Shown here in pieces: positions 54,926 through 64,000 of a DNA stretch of 64,000 nt (its first letter is position 1; each line of letters opens with the position of its first letter). The notes beneath the pieces are model-generated. The model did not search any database. It saw nothing but the letters and a program-made list of their open reading frames with translations, and was not told the DNA's origin. The translations under genes and the position numbers were made by a program. Where the stretch lies: positions 1 to 64,000 of IMG/VR virus record IMGVR_UViG_3300012665_000925. One strand, written 5' to 3'. The DNA comes from a virus.

Positions 54926-55869
54926 TCACTACCTTTCTTTTCTTCTGTAGTTCCATAATAGTCATAAGGGTTGCCAACCGCAAATGAATCCTCGATTGCT
55001 GCTTCTGCAGCACTTCCGTCATCCATCAAAGGACATACGGAGAAAAACTGACACTTCCACTTACAGTCACGACTTGGCTTAGGGTAGGCCACAAGCTGGT
55101 GGTCTGCTCCTGCATCAAGCTGGTCACGAACGTTAAGCATATCGCCAACCGCACCAGTTAGTCGCTTCCAGAAGTTGCGAAGTGCATAGATGTTGTGTCG
55201 TACTTCAATCTGCTGATAGAAAGGTGGCTTTGCGTTAGCAGTTCGCTTTACCTTTTTCAGCATCGTAAAGATACCACCGTCAGAGCGTTCGCCCTCCTTG
55301 TTCTGTGCAGCTTCCAAAACCATGTAGGTAAGAATCTGCTCGTTCATGTGAGCAGTCGAACCGAACTCGGTGAACGAGCCACCAACGGTCTTGAAGTCAC
55401 GGAACATACGAGCACCGTCTGACTTACGACGAACACGCATATCGAGCTTACCTTGAAGTTCTACACGACCATCAAACATCGGCATAGAGATAATCTCTTC
55501 GTTAGAGATACGCTCTAGCTCAACGTCAATGCCTTCGTCTTCAACCCACTCTAGGTAGCCAGCAAGCATGATGTGACCTAGCTCTGCTTCAGACTCTAGG
55601 TCTGAAGTGTCGCGGTATGCATCCATTAGAATCTTGCGGTCAGCAGCAACTAGTTCTGAGTGAATCTCAAGCAAGTCGAGTTCCATGTCAGACGAGTAGT
55701 AGCGGTCCATAGCTTCGTGGATACGGGAACCAAGTGCAAGTGCTCCAGTGAACTCTTGCTGCTTTGGCTTTAGTCGGCGATAGTAGCTGAACCACCAGCG
55801 TCGACGGCAGTCTTTGAATGTTTGAATCTCTGAATTGGAGATTCTGATTGGGGGGCGTAATTCTGTCAT
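54922..55869 (-). CDS. Cas4/RecB-like PD-(D/E)XK exonuclease
   Basis: SNSEIQTFKDC.RRW, GSRIHE, GKLD...RDFKT, QI..Y, C.W.C.F...C. Confidence 0.85.
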   Translation of the reverse strand: MTELRPPIRISNSEIQTFKDCRRRWWFSYYRRLKPKQQEFTGALALGSRIHEAMDRYYSSDMELDLLEIHSELVAADRKILMDAYRDTSDLESEAELGHIMLAGYLEWVEDEGIDVELERISNEEIISMPMFDGRVELQGKLDMRVRRKSDGARMFRDFKTVGGSFTEFGSTAHMNEQILTYMVLEAAQNKEGERSDGGIFTMLKKVKRTANAKPPFYQQIEVRHNIYALRNFWKRLTGAVGDMLNVRDQLDAGADHQLVAYPKPSRDCKWKCQFFSVCPLMDDGSAAEAAIEDSFAVGNPYDYYGTTEEKKGSE

Positions 55870-55874
55870 TTGTT

Positions 55875-57701
55875 TTATTTTACCTTCTCTGCCTTGAGCA
55901 TGTCAAGTAGCTTAGCCTTATCTTTTACAACTTGCTCAAAGTTGTCAGCTTTTGTATCTAGAGCCTGAATTACACGCTCTTCGATTGTGTCCTCGGTCAC
56001 GTAGTCAGTAATGAGAATCGAGTCGTGAATCTCAGAGCCGATGCGGTGAACGCGGTCCAGTGCCTGCTTGTAGTCAACTAGCGACCACGGACGCTGGAGC
56101 ATCACTAGACGACGTGCAGCTGTAAGAGTTACACCTACACCGCCAGCTTGTGCAGTGAATAGAATCCACTTAATCTTGCCTGACTGGAAGTCATCGATTG
56201 CCTGCTGACGTTGGTCCTCATCTTGAGCACCAGTAATCAAGCCGTGGGCGATTCCTTCTTTAGTCATTCGTGCGCTCAGCAGTTCGATGAGCTGACGAGA
56301 TACGGCACAGACGGCGACAGAGTCACCATCGTAGTCGCTGTTTTTAATATCATCCATCAGAGCATCTACCTTACAGGAAGGGTCTGACAAAGTAATTTTC
56401 TCTTGGCCAAGTTCGTCAATAGTTACGTCAGCGTAAGAGCTTGCTAGCTGAAGTAGACGCAGAGTCTGAGTCAGTGGGTTAGGTGCAACGATAGCATCGC
56501 CAACCTCTGAACCATCATCACTCTTGCTTAGCATTGCAATCATGTTGTCGCGCATCTGCTTGTAGGCTTTAGCCTGCTTTGGAGACATCTCGACATCTCG
56601 GCGGTTGGTCATAACTTCTGGGAGCCATGGCAATACGCGGGACTTCAGCATACGTCTCATGCGTGGGTTGATAGTTGCATAGAACTCTTCCTCCATGTGA
56701 GGCTTTACACCTAGAACCATCATTCCACCGAATGCGTTGAACATGGTGTTCACCATGCGGTCAATCCACTTGGTCTTTGATGGCCACTCTTCTGGAGAGA
56801 GCCAGTGCAGGATTGCCCACATATCAACAACGTCATTAGCGATTGGAGTACCAGTCATTGCAAAACGAATGTCTGCATTGCCAGTTGCTGCCCAAAGTGC
56901 TCGGCTCTGCTTAGACTTAGGGTCTTTTGAGCGGTGCATCTCGTCAGCTACAACAGCCTTGAAGTCGATGGTGTTTAGTTCACGCTGGTGCACCTCACAC
57001 TTAGTGTGTGTGACTCGGGTGTCGTGCCCACCGCAGTCAACGCAGCGTGCAAGAGCAATAGCACCATATGATGCGAGCTTGGAATGAGTGCGTAGCGATT
57101 CCCAGTTGATAACGTAAACGTTTGCTGGGTGCTCAAACTGTGCACGACGCTGAACTGAAGTTCCCTTGATAACCTGAACGTCAACGCCTGGCCACCACTT
57201 TTCAAACTCACGTGCCCAGTTCTTCTTCAGAGTGTTTGGGCAAACGATTAGAGCAGGGAAGATGTTCTCTCCGCGGTCGTGCAATTCTTTTAGTCCACGA
57301 ATAGCCTGAGCAGTCTTACCTAGACCTGGCTCGTCAGCTAGAAGTGCGCGACGTGCAGTTGCTAGGAACTTTACGCCAGCACGCTGGTGTGGGAATAGGT
57401 CTTCGTTTCCGAGGTCTTCTGCCTCAGGTAGTACTTCGATATCGCGCAAAACATTGGATGGGTTTACACGAGTTAGAACTTCGTTAGAAGCCCATGCAGC
57501 GAGGTTGGGGCCAATCTCTAGCTCAGTTTTGAAGGTTGAGCGGAGTGCTAGACAGCTAGCCCAAGAAGTAGGCACACGCCAAATTTGCTCTTTAGCGGAC
57601 CAAGCAGCACCTGGAAGGCTCTTACATAGCTCTTTTAGACGCCATTCAGCGTTGATGATGATGTGTTTACTCGATTCATCGAGTTCTACATTTACAGGCA
57701 C
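55875..57701 (-). CDS. SNF2-family DNA helicase
   Basis: LADEPGLGKT, DEMH, MTGTP, GVGVTLT, QALDRVHRIG. Confidence 0.93.
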   Translation of the reverse strand: MPVNVELDESSKHIIINAEWRLKELCKSLPGAAWSAKEQIWRVPTSWASCLALRSTFKTELEIGPNLAAWASNEVLTRVNPSNVLRDIEVLPEAEDLGNEDLFPHQRAGVKFLATARRALLADEPGLGKTAQAIRGLKELHDRGENIFPALIVCPNTLKKNWAREFEKWWPGVDVQVIKGTSVQRRAQFEHPANVYVINWESLRTHSKLASYGAIALARCVDCGGHDTRVTHTKCEVHQRELNTIDFKAVVADEMHRSKDPKSKQSRALWAATGNADIRFAMTGTPIANDVVDMWAILHWLSPEEWPSKTKWIDRMVNTMFNAFGGMMVLGVKPHMEEEFYATINPRMRRMLKSRVLPWLPEVMTNRRDVEMSPKQAKAYKQMRDNMIAMLSKSDDGSEVGDAIVAPNPLTQTLRLLQLASSYADVTIDELGQEKITLSDPSCKVDALMDDIKNSDYDGDSVAVCAVSRQLIELLSARMTKEGIAHGLITGAQDEDQRQQAIDDFQSGKIKWILFTAQAGGVGVTLTAARRLVMLQRPWSLVDYKQALDRVHRIGSEIHDSILITDYVTEDTIEERVIQALDTKADNFEQVVKDKAKLLDMLKAEKVK

Positions 57702-57774
57702 TAGGCCATCCTTTCGTCATTACATACATACTAACACAAATAAATGAGTTTTATTTCATTTTTTGTTAGTATCT

Positions 57775-58242
57775 TTATTCTAGTAGTTTAACTGGTTTCC
57801 AACCGCTTTTTACTAATCTTAGCAAGCCGTGTCGGATTGCGTCAAGTGCGTGTCCTTCGCCACCTTTGTGCCAGTAGCCAAGCTTCTTTAGCTTCTCATT
57901 AGTAAACATTGCTTTTGCATCAGCAGGAGACTGGAAATAGATATCGTCAGGAGCCATTCCCATATCCATGATGCACTGCTTGAGAATACCAATCTGCTCA
58001 AGTGAGTAAGGAGCCTGTGCGTTCTTGACGGTCTGCATGCTAATTAGGAATCGCTCACACACAATCTCGATTTGAATGCCGCGAGCAAAAGCGTCACCGA
58101 GAGCTTGACGGATTGGCTTTGCGTATTCTTCCTGCTGGTATTCCCCTGACCAAATAAGTTCTGGGTCCTGGTCCTCTGAGAAAGCAAACAAGGCAATGCC
58201 GCTGGCTTTCCCTGGGTCAACTGATAATACTAACTTAGACAT
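57775..58242 (-). CDS. RuvC-like Holliday junction resolvase
   Basis: LSVDPGKASG, VCERF, HALDAIRH. Confidence 0.75.
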   Translation of the reverse strand: MSKLVLSVDPGKASGIALFAFSEDQDPELIWSGEYQQEEYAKPIRQALGDAFARGIQIEIVCERFLISMQTVKNAQAPYSLEQIGILKQCIMDMGMAPDDIYFQSPADAKAMFTNEKLKKLGYWHKGGEGHALDAIRHGLLRLVKSGWKPVKLLE

Positions 58243-60055
58243 ACTTCTGTCCCCAGTTCTCTAGTGGTCCATCAACATCAGCTGTAAGTGGCACAGCCCA
58301 ACCTTCTCGTGTAGTCATGCACTCACGGACAATCTGCTGAATCTCAGCAGCACTCTCACGCGGGGCATTCAACACAATTTCATCGTGCACTGGCACAATC
58401 AAAAACTCTGTCAAGTCAGCCTGGTCGAGTTTGATTAGGTTCGACTTGAAAACTTCGGCAGCTCCACCCTGAATCAGGTAGTTAGTCAAAGTATAGACAC
58501 GGTCTTCGTCACAAGGGAGTCTGCGACCAGTCCAAGTATTTACATAACCCTGTCCAGTTTCGCGTAGTCGGCGCATACCAACATCTTCTACTTGCTTCTG
58601 GAAAAGAGCCATGCCAGGGTATCGTTCGTCAAAAGCGTTTGATACTGCACGCATCTGGTCTTCTGGAACGCCAGCAGTCAAAGCCTGCTTAGCAACACCT
58701 GCACCGTATAGACGACCATAAACTACACCCTTGATAAGGCCACGACGCTTGTCTGACTTCACCATAGATGGGTCAGCATAAACTTCACGACCAATTTCGG
58801 TGAACGGGTCAGAGCCAGTAGCGTCTGCCATGTTGAATAGGTTGATTAGGTTCTCATCTTTAGACAAGGTTGCGAACATGCGGAACTCAACCTGGTCGAG
58901 GTCCGAAGTGATGATTACGTGGTCGTCATCCTTAGGCAAGAACGCACGGCGCACAGTGTCGTCTCCCTTTGGAAGAGTCTGCAGTGCTGGGTTCTGGATT
59001 GTCATACGACCAGTACGAGCACCCATGGTGCGGATAGATGGGTGAACAAATCCGTCAACGTTGTCGTTGATGAAGTTGGAGAAGTAGGTAGACGCGAGCT
59101 TGTCTGCCTTACGCTGCTTCAGGACTGTGTCTGCCAGTAACTGAATCTCTGGAGTACCGTCGCGAGCAAGAAGTTTTAGCTGGTCAGCAGAAGCGGACTT
59201 GTTTCCAGACGGAGTGGTCTGAGTAATCTCTGCCCCTAGTGCTTCAAACTGACGCACCAACTGAGCGTTGCTGGTGATAGATAGACCCTTGTAGTTATCC
59301 TTACCCCACTGCTTAACTTGCTCGGTATAGGTTACAAGTTCTTCGTACTTCTTCTTAGAGTAGTCGAGGTCTAGACGAGCACCGTTGAGTTCCATACGGG
59401 TAACGATTCGGCGGGTGTTCATTTCAAGTTCGTATGCACGAGCATAAGGTTGACCTGGTCCGCACTTCTCCCAGAACTGCTCAAAGAGCTTCATGGTCAG
59501 AACTGTATCAAGAGCACCATAAGCCCAGTAAGGCTGGTAGTTGATTGGGACAGTTCCCCAGGTCCAGCCATTCTTAGCTAGACCATCATCTAGAACTGAC
59601 TGAAGTGCAGCAGCTTTAGAATCTACGTATTGAGAAGTGAGTCGCTTTAGAGCACCTGAGCCTAGTGGGTCAATCAGGTGAGCCATAATCATTGTGTCGT
59701 GGGCGCGTTCCCACGGGAGCTGCCATCGGGTTTGAACATCAAACCATCGGGCTTCGAAAGCAATGTTGTGGCAAACAATCGGGCCGTCAAACTTATCCAT
59801 GCCCTCATAGAAAACACCATTCCACTCTTCCCATGGAATTGCCCAGCCAGTTTGACCATCGCCAACCTGAACTAAACGCAGGCGTCCGTGCCAGGGGGAG
59901 AGTGCATCATCACGTTTGCCGCCTGGAAGTTCTCCAGTTTCGGTGTCGATTGAGATGGCATTCATTGGGCGACGTTCGCCTAGCCAGTTGATGAATTTCT
60001 CAGCCTGAGAAACGCTATCTACCAGCTCCAGTTTGATATCGCCTAGGCCTGTCAT
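58235..60055 (-). CDS. polA: DNA polymerase I (family A; 3'-5' exonuclease plus polymerase)
   Basis: IDTET, HNIAFE, YGALD; RTGRM..QNPALQ, DLDQVEFR, KGVVYGRLYG, NYLIQG, VHDE. Confidence 0.95.
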   Translation of the reverse strand: MTGLGDIKLELVDSVSQAEKFINWLGERRPMNAISIDTETGELPGGKRDDALSPWHGRLRLVQVGDGQTGWAIPWEEWNGVFYEGMDKFDGPIVCHNIAFEARWFDVQTRWQLPWERAHDTMIMAHLIDPLGSGALKRLTSQYVDSKAAALQSVLDDGLAKNGWTWGTVPINYQPYWAYGALDTVLTMKLFEQFWEKCGPGQPYARAYELEMNTRRIVTRMELNGARLDLDYSKKKYEELVTYTEQVKQWGKDNYKGLSITSNAQLVRQFEALGAEITQTTPSGNKSASADQLKLLARDGTPEIQLLADTVLKQRKADKLASTYFSNFINDNVDGFVHPSIRTMGARTGRMTIQNPALQTLPKGDDTVRRAFLPKDDDHVIITSDLDQVEFRMFATLSKDENLINLFNMADATGSDPFTEIGREVYADPSMVKSDKRRGLIKGVVYGRLYGAGVAKQALTAGVPEDQMRAVSNAFDERYPGMALFQKQVEDVGMRRLRETGQGYVNTWTGRRLPCDEDRVYTLTNYLIQGGAAEVFKSNLIKLDQADLTEFLIVPVHDEIVLNAPRESAAEIQQIVRECMTTREGWAVPLTADVDGPLENWGQKYV

Positions 60056-60521
60056 CTGTGTCCTTAATCGTCTCTACTAGTATGTCACATCTAACCAAAT
60101 AGTCAAGTACTACTTCTGGGTTGCGATGTGCATCTGAATCTTTTACTCTAGCCACCACTCTAGCAAGTCCCGAGTTAGAAATCAACTTGGCGCATTGCAT
60201 GCATGGAGCTCCAGTGATATAGATAGTACCACCCTCAACTGACGAACGGTCTACATATAGAAGTGCGTTTGCCTCGGAGTGAATCGATGGGCAGCCTTCG
60301 TATGCGGATGTGAGTTCAGTTTTACCTTGAGCACGTTCGCACCAGTTCAAACATTCGCCTTCAACTTTTAATCCAGCTGCTTGACCATTGTAGCCAGTAG
60401 ATGAGATTCGTTGGTTGGCGTCTACAATCACTGCACCAATCTGTGCACGAGAACAACGAGAACGTAGTGCAACGGTCTCTGCAACTCTCATCCAGGTTTG
60501 GTCCCAGGTGAGGCGTTCCAT
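60015..60521 (-). CDS. dCMP deaminase (ComEB-like)
   Basis: TGYNG, HSEANAL, PCMQCAK. Confidence 0.9.
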   Translation of the reverse strand: MERLTWDQTWMRVAETVALRSRCSRAQIGAVIVDANQRISSTGYNGQAAGLKVEGECLNWCERAQGKTELTSAYEGCPSIHSEANALLYVDRSSVEGGTIYITGAPCMQCAKLISNSGLARVVARVKDSDAHRNPEVVLDYLVRCDILVETIKDTDDRPRRYQTGAGR

Positions 60522-60991
60522 TATGGAATAATCTCGAACTTGTAGATACTTGCTATCTTGTCGTCATTCTTAGAGGCATCTTCTAGGAGTCTCTGAGCTA
60601 CGTTTGTCAAGTAGCGTGCGCCACCTTCGTCAAACTTATAGAGAGCATCTAGAACTGCAACAGGCTCTTCCGAAACCTGAGCCCAGTGGCGATTCTTCTC
60701 TGGAAAAACAAGTTCTGCTTCTTGGGTAGGCGAGCACTCTTCACATGGAAGAGCTTCTTTTGAAAGTTCCTCGAAAGATACTTCGCTTAGGCCATACCTT
60801 TTTACTAGGCTGCAACTTGCTCCGTGATAGACAAGTGATACGCCCACTCTAGAGAGAATGTAAGAACCACTCTCGGTTCTGTACAGTTCAAACTCAATCC
60901 ATCGGGTCGAACCGCGACGCCAGGATGAAGACTTGCCTAGAAGCTTTCCATTGAACTGTAGCGTTCTGGCTCCGTCTTTAACTTCAATCAT
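60521..60991 (-). CDS. Hypothetical protein
   Basis: 156 aa; RW.EFELYRT..G.Y motif; CxxC. Confidence 0.75.
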   Translation of the reverse strand: MIEVKDGARTLQFNGKLLGKSSSWRRGSTRWIEFELYRTESGSYILSRVGVSLVYHGASCSLVKRYGLSEVSFEELSKEALPCEECSPTQEAELVFPEKNRHWAQVSEEPVAVLDALYKFDEGGARYLTNVAQRLLEDASKNDDKIASIYKFEIIP

Positions 60992-60994
60992 CAG

Positions 60995-61177
60995 TTATTC
61001 CTTGACTGGCTTCTTACTAAGTTCTGCTACCTGAGCTTCTAGCTCCTGAACGCGACGGCGTTCTAGGTGCAGTGCAGCTTCAAGTTCTGCAGATACGCCC
61101 ATGGCTCGGTTGAGCTGCTCGCGGGTGATTGCAATGATGTTTGATAGGTATTCTGGGTTGTTGTTATTCTCTGCCAT
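60995..61177 (-). CDS. Small coiled-coil protein
   Basis: 60 aa; GAAAGA RBS. Confidence 0.65.
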   Translation of the reverse strand: MAENNNNPEYLSNIIAITREQLNRAMGVSAELEAALHLERRRVQELEAQVAELSKKPVKE

Positions 61178-61254
61178 TTTTGTCTTTCTTGTATGTTATG
61201 CGGACTATATAAAAATTCTACACCTAATAAAGATTGCTTATTATGGTAAGCAGC

Positions 61255-61677
61255 CTATTTGAGATTGATTCTTCTCTTAATTTCCGTAGTGCTAATGCCC
61301 TCTGTATATGGCACATAGATAAGTCCAATGTTTCGCTCATCTAGCCAATCCTGAGTGAAGCTCATTTGCTTGTAGTAGTCCTTGCGAGCCCAGTCCGAGC
61401 CGATAATGATGTAGTTCGGCTGAACCATTTCAATAGAGATAGTCGAGTCTGTGCCGCCCACGTTTGGCACTACCTCGTCCACCCAACGGCAGGCTAGTAG
61501 GGCTTCCTTACGCTCCTCATAGGAGAGGATTGGTGGCTTACCTTTGTACTTCTCTATAAACTCGTCGGTATTCAAAGCAACTACTACGTTGCCGATTTCG
61601 GCTGCACGCTTTAGAAGTCGATAGTGCCCCTTGTGCGGTAAGTCAAATGTTCCACCTGTGTAGACAACTGGTCTCAA
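61255..61677 (-). CDS. Cytidylyltransferase (TagD/glycerol-3-phosphate CT-like)
   Basis: GGTFDLPHKGH (HxGH), GSDW, YTEGISTT. Confidence 0.9.
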   Translation of the reverse strand: MRPVVYTGGTFDLPHKGHYRLLKRAAEIGNVVVALNTDEFIEKYKGKPPILSYEERKEALLACRWVDEVVPNVGGTDSTISIEMVQPNYIIIGSDWARKDYYKQMSFTQDWLDERNIGLIYVPYTEGISTTEIKRRINLK

Positions 61678-62495
61678 AACTCGAACTCCTCTACGTTTTC
61701 TAGATTTGGATATGCTTTTTCGATTGGGTACTCGACCTGCGAATACCTGTAGGTCTTATCGTCAATTGCTTCATAGATGGCAAATACTTTGTGAGAGTCG
61801 TATCCAAGCTGGTCGACATACTCCAAGAAGTTATCCTTGATACTCACGCAGTCGGAGCCTGATGTCGCTCCATTGTGGCTGGTGGTTAGGCCAGTCGTCA
61901 TAGTAAAAGACCAGTCACGATAGATTTTTTTATTGTTGTAAAGAGTCCATGCAGCATAAACGGTATCTAGGCAGTGTCCCGACACCATCTTGCTGAAGTC
62001 CATAAGTCCATGCTTTAGAAGCCACTCGTAGTAGTCAAGAATAAAGAGTGCAAGCTCCCTGCGGAGTGCTACCCAAATCCCGTTTAAGTGGATAGTCAGT
62101 GAGTGGTTTGGATACTTGCGTGACATCTTAATCATGGTGGTCTTCCCTGTGCCCCCATCATTGACCATATGAGACGCCATCATCCAAACGCTGTCGTCCT
62201 TCTCCATCATTCTTTCCACCCTCTGAGTAAATCCAGGGTGGTCAGTAGAGAAGGCATCTCCAGCATTGAAGATAAATACTTCATGCTCTGTCTTAGCAAA
62301 GTCGACTAGTGAGTTGTAGAAGTGTCCAAAGTATCTGACCTTTTCGGCAATGACCCAGTTGTTGCGAACTACTGGCTCAGTCGAAACATCGAATACTAAG
62401 TAGTCCATGCCAGACGACCCAAGTTGAGAATCAATGTCTAAAGAGTTAGCCATCAACTCGTCCCAGGCGACTACATAGGTCTTGCTACTAATCAT
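61674..62495 (-). CDS. Hypothetical protein, possible GT-A-like glycosyltransferase
   Basis: 273 aa; coupled to the cytidylyltransferase; VFIFNAGD segment. Confidence 0.45.
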   Translation of the reverse strand: MISSKTYVVAWDELMANSLDIDSQLGSSGMDYLVFDVSTEPVVRNNWVIAEKVRYFGHFYNSLVDFAKTEHEVFIFNAGDAFSTDHPGFTQRVERMMEKDDSVWMMASHMVNDGGTGKTTMIKMSRKYPNHSLTIHLNGIWVALRRELALFILDYYEWLLKHGLMDFSKMVSGHCLDTVYAAWTLYNNKKIYRDWSFTMTTGLTTSHNGATSGSDCVSIKDNFLEYVDQLGYDSHKVFAIYEAIDDKTYRYSQVEYPIEKAYPNLENVEEFEF

Positions 62496-63691
62496 TACAG
62501 CCTTACAGGAATTACGCTGAGGAACTCTCGCGGGTCAAACTTTCCACCGATTACCATGCTTAGAAGTCCAGGCTTTGATTCCATACCTGCGCTGTCGCGG
62601 AACCATTCTGAACCTGGGTCAGTTGTCGGGCACTGAACCCAGAAACGGTGAGCGATGTCAGCACACTTAAAGTTGTGGAAGTGTCCAGATACCCAGACGT
62701 CTGCCAAGCCGAGAGCAGTCTGACCTGCAGACTGGTTTGCTAGATACTTGTGCGGGTCGCGAGCTTGGTGTCCGTGGAATAGCCCAAGCATTGTGCCTTC
62801 AATGTCAACAGTCAGAGTCTGATGCCCAGAAGCAGGGTAGCGGAACTCGATGTGCTGTAGAGCTGGGTTCTCGGCGCAAGCGTCTTGAACTGCTGCAGCA
62901 ATTTCTACGTTCCAACCATCTGCTGGGTCCGCGGCAACTTGACGAGTTACTTCGTCATGGTTTCCGTTCACAACGGCGACAGTCATACGTTCGGCTAGTG
63001 GGGCAAATGCTTTGACCTGTGCCATAAGCAAACGACGTGCAACACGCACCTGCTCGGTTAGTCCGAGGTCGGAAGCAGCCTGTCCTTGTAGACGACCGTT
63101 CTGGCTGACAATACCTTCAACGTGGTCGCCTGGAAGTCCGAGAGTGATTGAGCCTAGGCCCAGTCCCATTTTCTGTAGACCATTAAATCTTCCGACAGCG
63201 GCTTCGGTCAAGCTTAGGATTCGCTCAACTGATTGTTCTGTTCCCTGACCATTCGCCTTCTTACCAATTTGCTGGTCGCTAGGAAACACTGCAAACGAAC
63301 CTGAGCCAGTGGCAGTTTTAATGCCGCGCTCTGGACGCCACTTCTTCAGCTCATCTACTAACTTCTCTGCGTCTAGTCGTTCGGCTAGTGCAACTTTTGC
63401 TGGAACAACATTGATACGTAGTGACTCAAGGAACTCGCCGTCGTACTTCTGCCACTTACCACGACGAATAGATGTTACTTCCCAGTCGTTTGGATTGAGG
63501 TCGAAGTTCTCTAGAATCTCGCGAGCATCTTGAGGCTGACCAGCAGCACGTGGTTCAGAAATAATAAAGCCACCAGACATATCATCAACGTCCATACGTG
63601 GACGCCAAGATTCTGGTGTGCCTAGTGCTTTGATATCAGAGCCAGATTTTCCTGGACTAACTAATTTCTCAAACTTATCCGATAGACCCAT
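62495..63691 (-). CDS. Metallophosphoesterase (calcineurin-like) protein
   Basis: SDQQIG, GDHVEG, GNHDE, FHGH, SGHFH; likely start at ATG 63691. Confidence 0.85.
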   Translation of the reverse strand: MGLSDKFEKLVSPGKSGSDIKALGTPESWRPRMDVDDMSGGFIISEPRAAGQPQDAREILENFDLNPNDWEVTSIRRGKWQKYDGEFLESLRINVVPAKVALAERLDAEKLVDELKKWRPERGIKTATGSGSFAVFPSDQQIGKKANGQGTEQSVERILSLTEAAVGRFNGLQKMGLGLGSITLGLPGDHVEGIVSQNGRLQGQAASDLGLTEQVRVARRLLMAQVKAFAPLAERMTVAVVNGNHDEVTRQVAADPADGWNVEIAAAVQDACAENPALQHIEFRYPASGHQTLTVDIEGTMLGLFHGHQARDPHKYLANQSAGQTALGLADVWVSGHFHNFKCADIAHRFWVQCPTTDPGSEWFRDSAGMESKPGLLSMVIGGKFDPREFLSVIPVRL

Positions 63692-63960
63692 TAGTTGGTT
63701 CTCCTGTTGCATCCGCACTCGCCGCGACGGTGTCGGTCAACTGCACTGTTAGATGTGTCAAACCCTTCTTCACGAAGGACTTTGCCGATGGTGGCATTGT
63801 TTAAACGGTTGGGCGTGCCGTCGGGAGTTTCCAGCATATCTTTCAATGCTTGTCTATCGGTTTCTGGTAGTTGAGTACCGTGAATGATTGAGCCGATTTT
63901 ACAGAGTGTTGAACGCTTAGCTGTTTTACTAGCTTCTGCAAGCCTGTCTGAGAGTGACAT
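63691..63960 (-). CDS. Small Cys/His protein (probable Zn-binding or HTH)
   Basis: 89 aa; GAAAGG RBS; C-terminal RHRRGECGC. Confidence 0.75.
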   Translation of the reverse strand: MSLSDRLAEASKTAKRSTLCKIGSIIHGTQLPETDRQALKDMLETPDGTPNRLNNATIGKVLREEGFDTSNSAVDRHRRGECGCNRRTN

Positions 63961-64000
63961 AGGTAGTCCTTTCGTACTGCGTATTTGTCTTTTGTAATTC

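Noticed and set aside
54922-55869. Cas4 as evidence of a CRISPR system
   Set aside because: A stand-alone PD-(D/E)XK nuclease next to Sak4 and SSB genes is a normal phage recombination module.
57729-57772. Inverted repeat ATACTAACA...TGTTAGTAT before the helicase gene
   Set aside because: A single AT-rich instance. It could be a terminator or operator but has no supporting copies.

Overview
Most of a lytic siphovirus (tailed dsDNA phage) genome, probably infecting Actinobacteria. Evidence for the host: WhiB, DUF1360, leaderless genes, and separate hexamer/pentamer capsid proteins as in mycobacteriophage cluster B-like phages. The moderate GC suggests a freshwater actinobacterial host (inference). 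Layout: (1) 1-5600, a tandem array of about 11 self-contained early cassettes (conserved 14-bp box GTATTCGTTTTTTC, sigma-A-type promoter, often a 5' hairpin, AAGGG RBS, small ORF, intrinsic terminator), in DNA visibly purged of 4-bp palindromes; (2) 5600-6300, a non-coding iteron-like repeat block; (3) 6.3-9.6 kb, HTH regulators, an NlpC/P60 lipoprotein and small membrane proteins; (4) 9.6-50.9 kb, the + strand virion module with about 14 kb of extra genes between portal and protease (Dps, a ~2,300-aa DEDDh-exonuclease/HEXXH protein apparently made by a -1 frameshift, a LysM/repeat protein) that share a PRDxxGx[FW] motif and recurrent phi-[TV]-A-[SAG] putative protease sites; (5) 50.9-64 kb, the - strand replication and modification module (WhiB, SSB, Sak4-like ATPase, PD-(D/E)XK nuclease, SNF2 helicase, RuvC-like resolvase, PolA, dCMP deaminase, cytidylyltransferase, putative glycosyltransferases, metallophosphoesterase). 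No integrase, tRNA, rRNA or CRISPR array was seen. All functional calls come from motif recognition by eye, not database searches.
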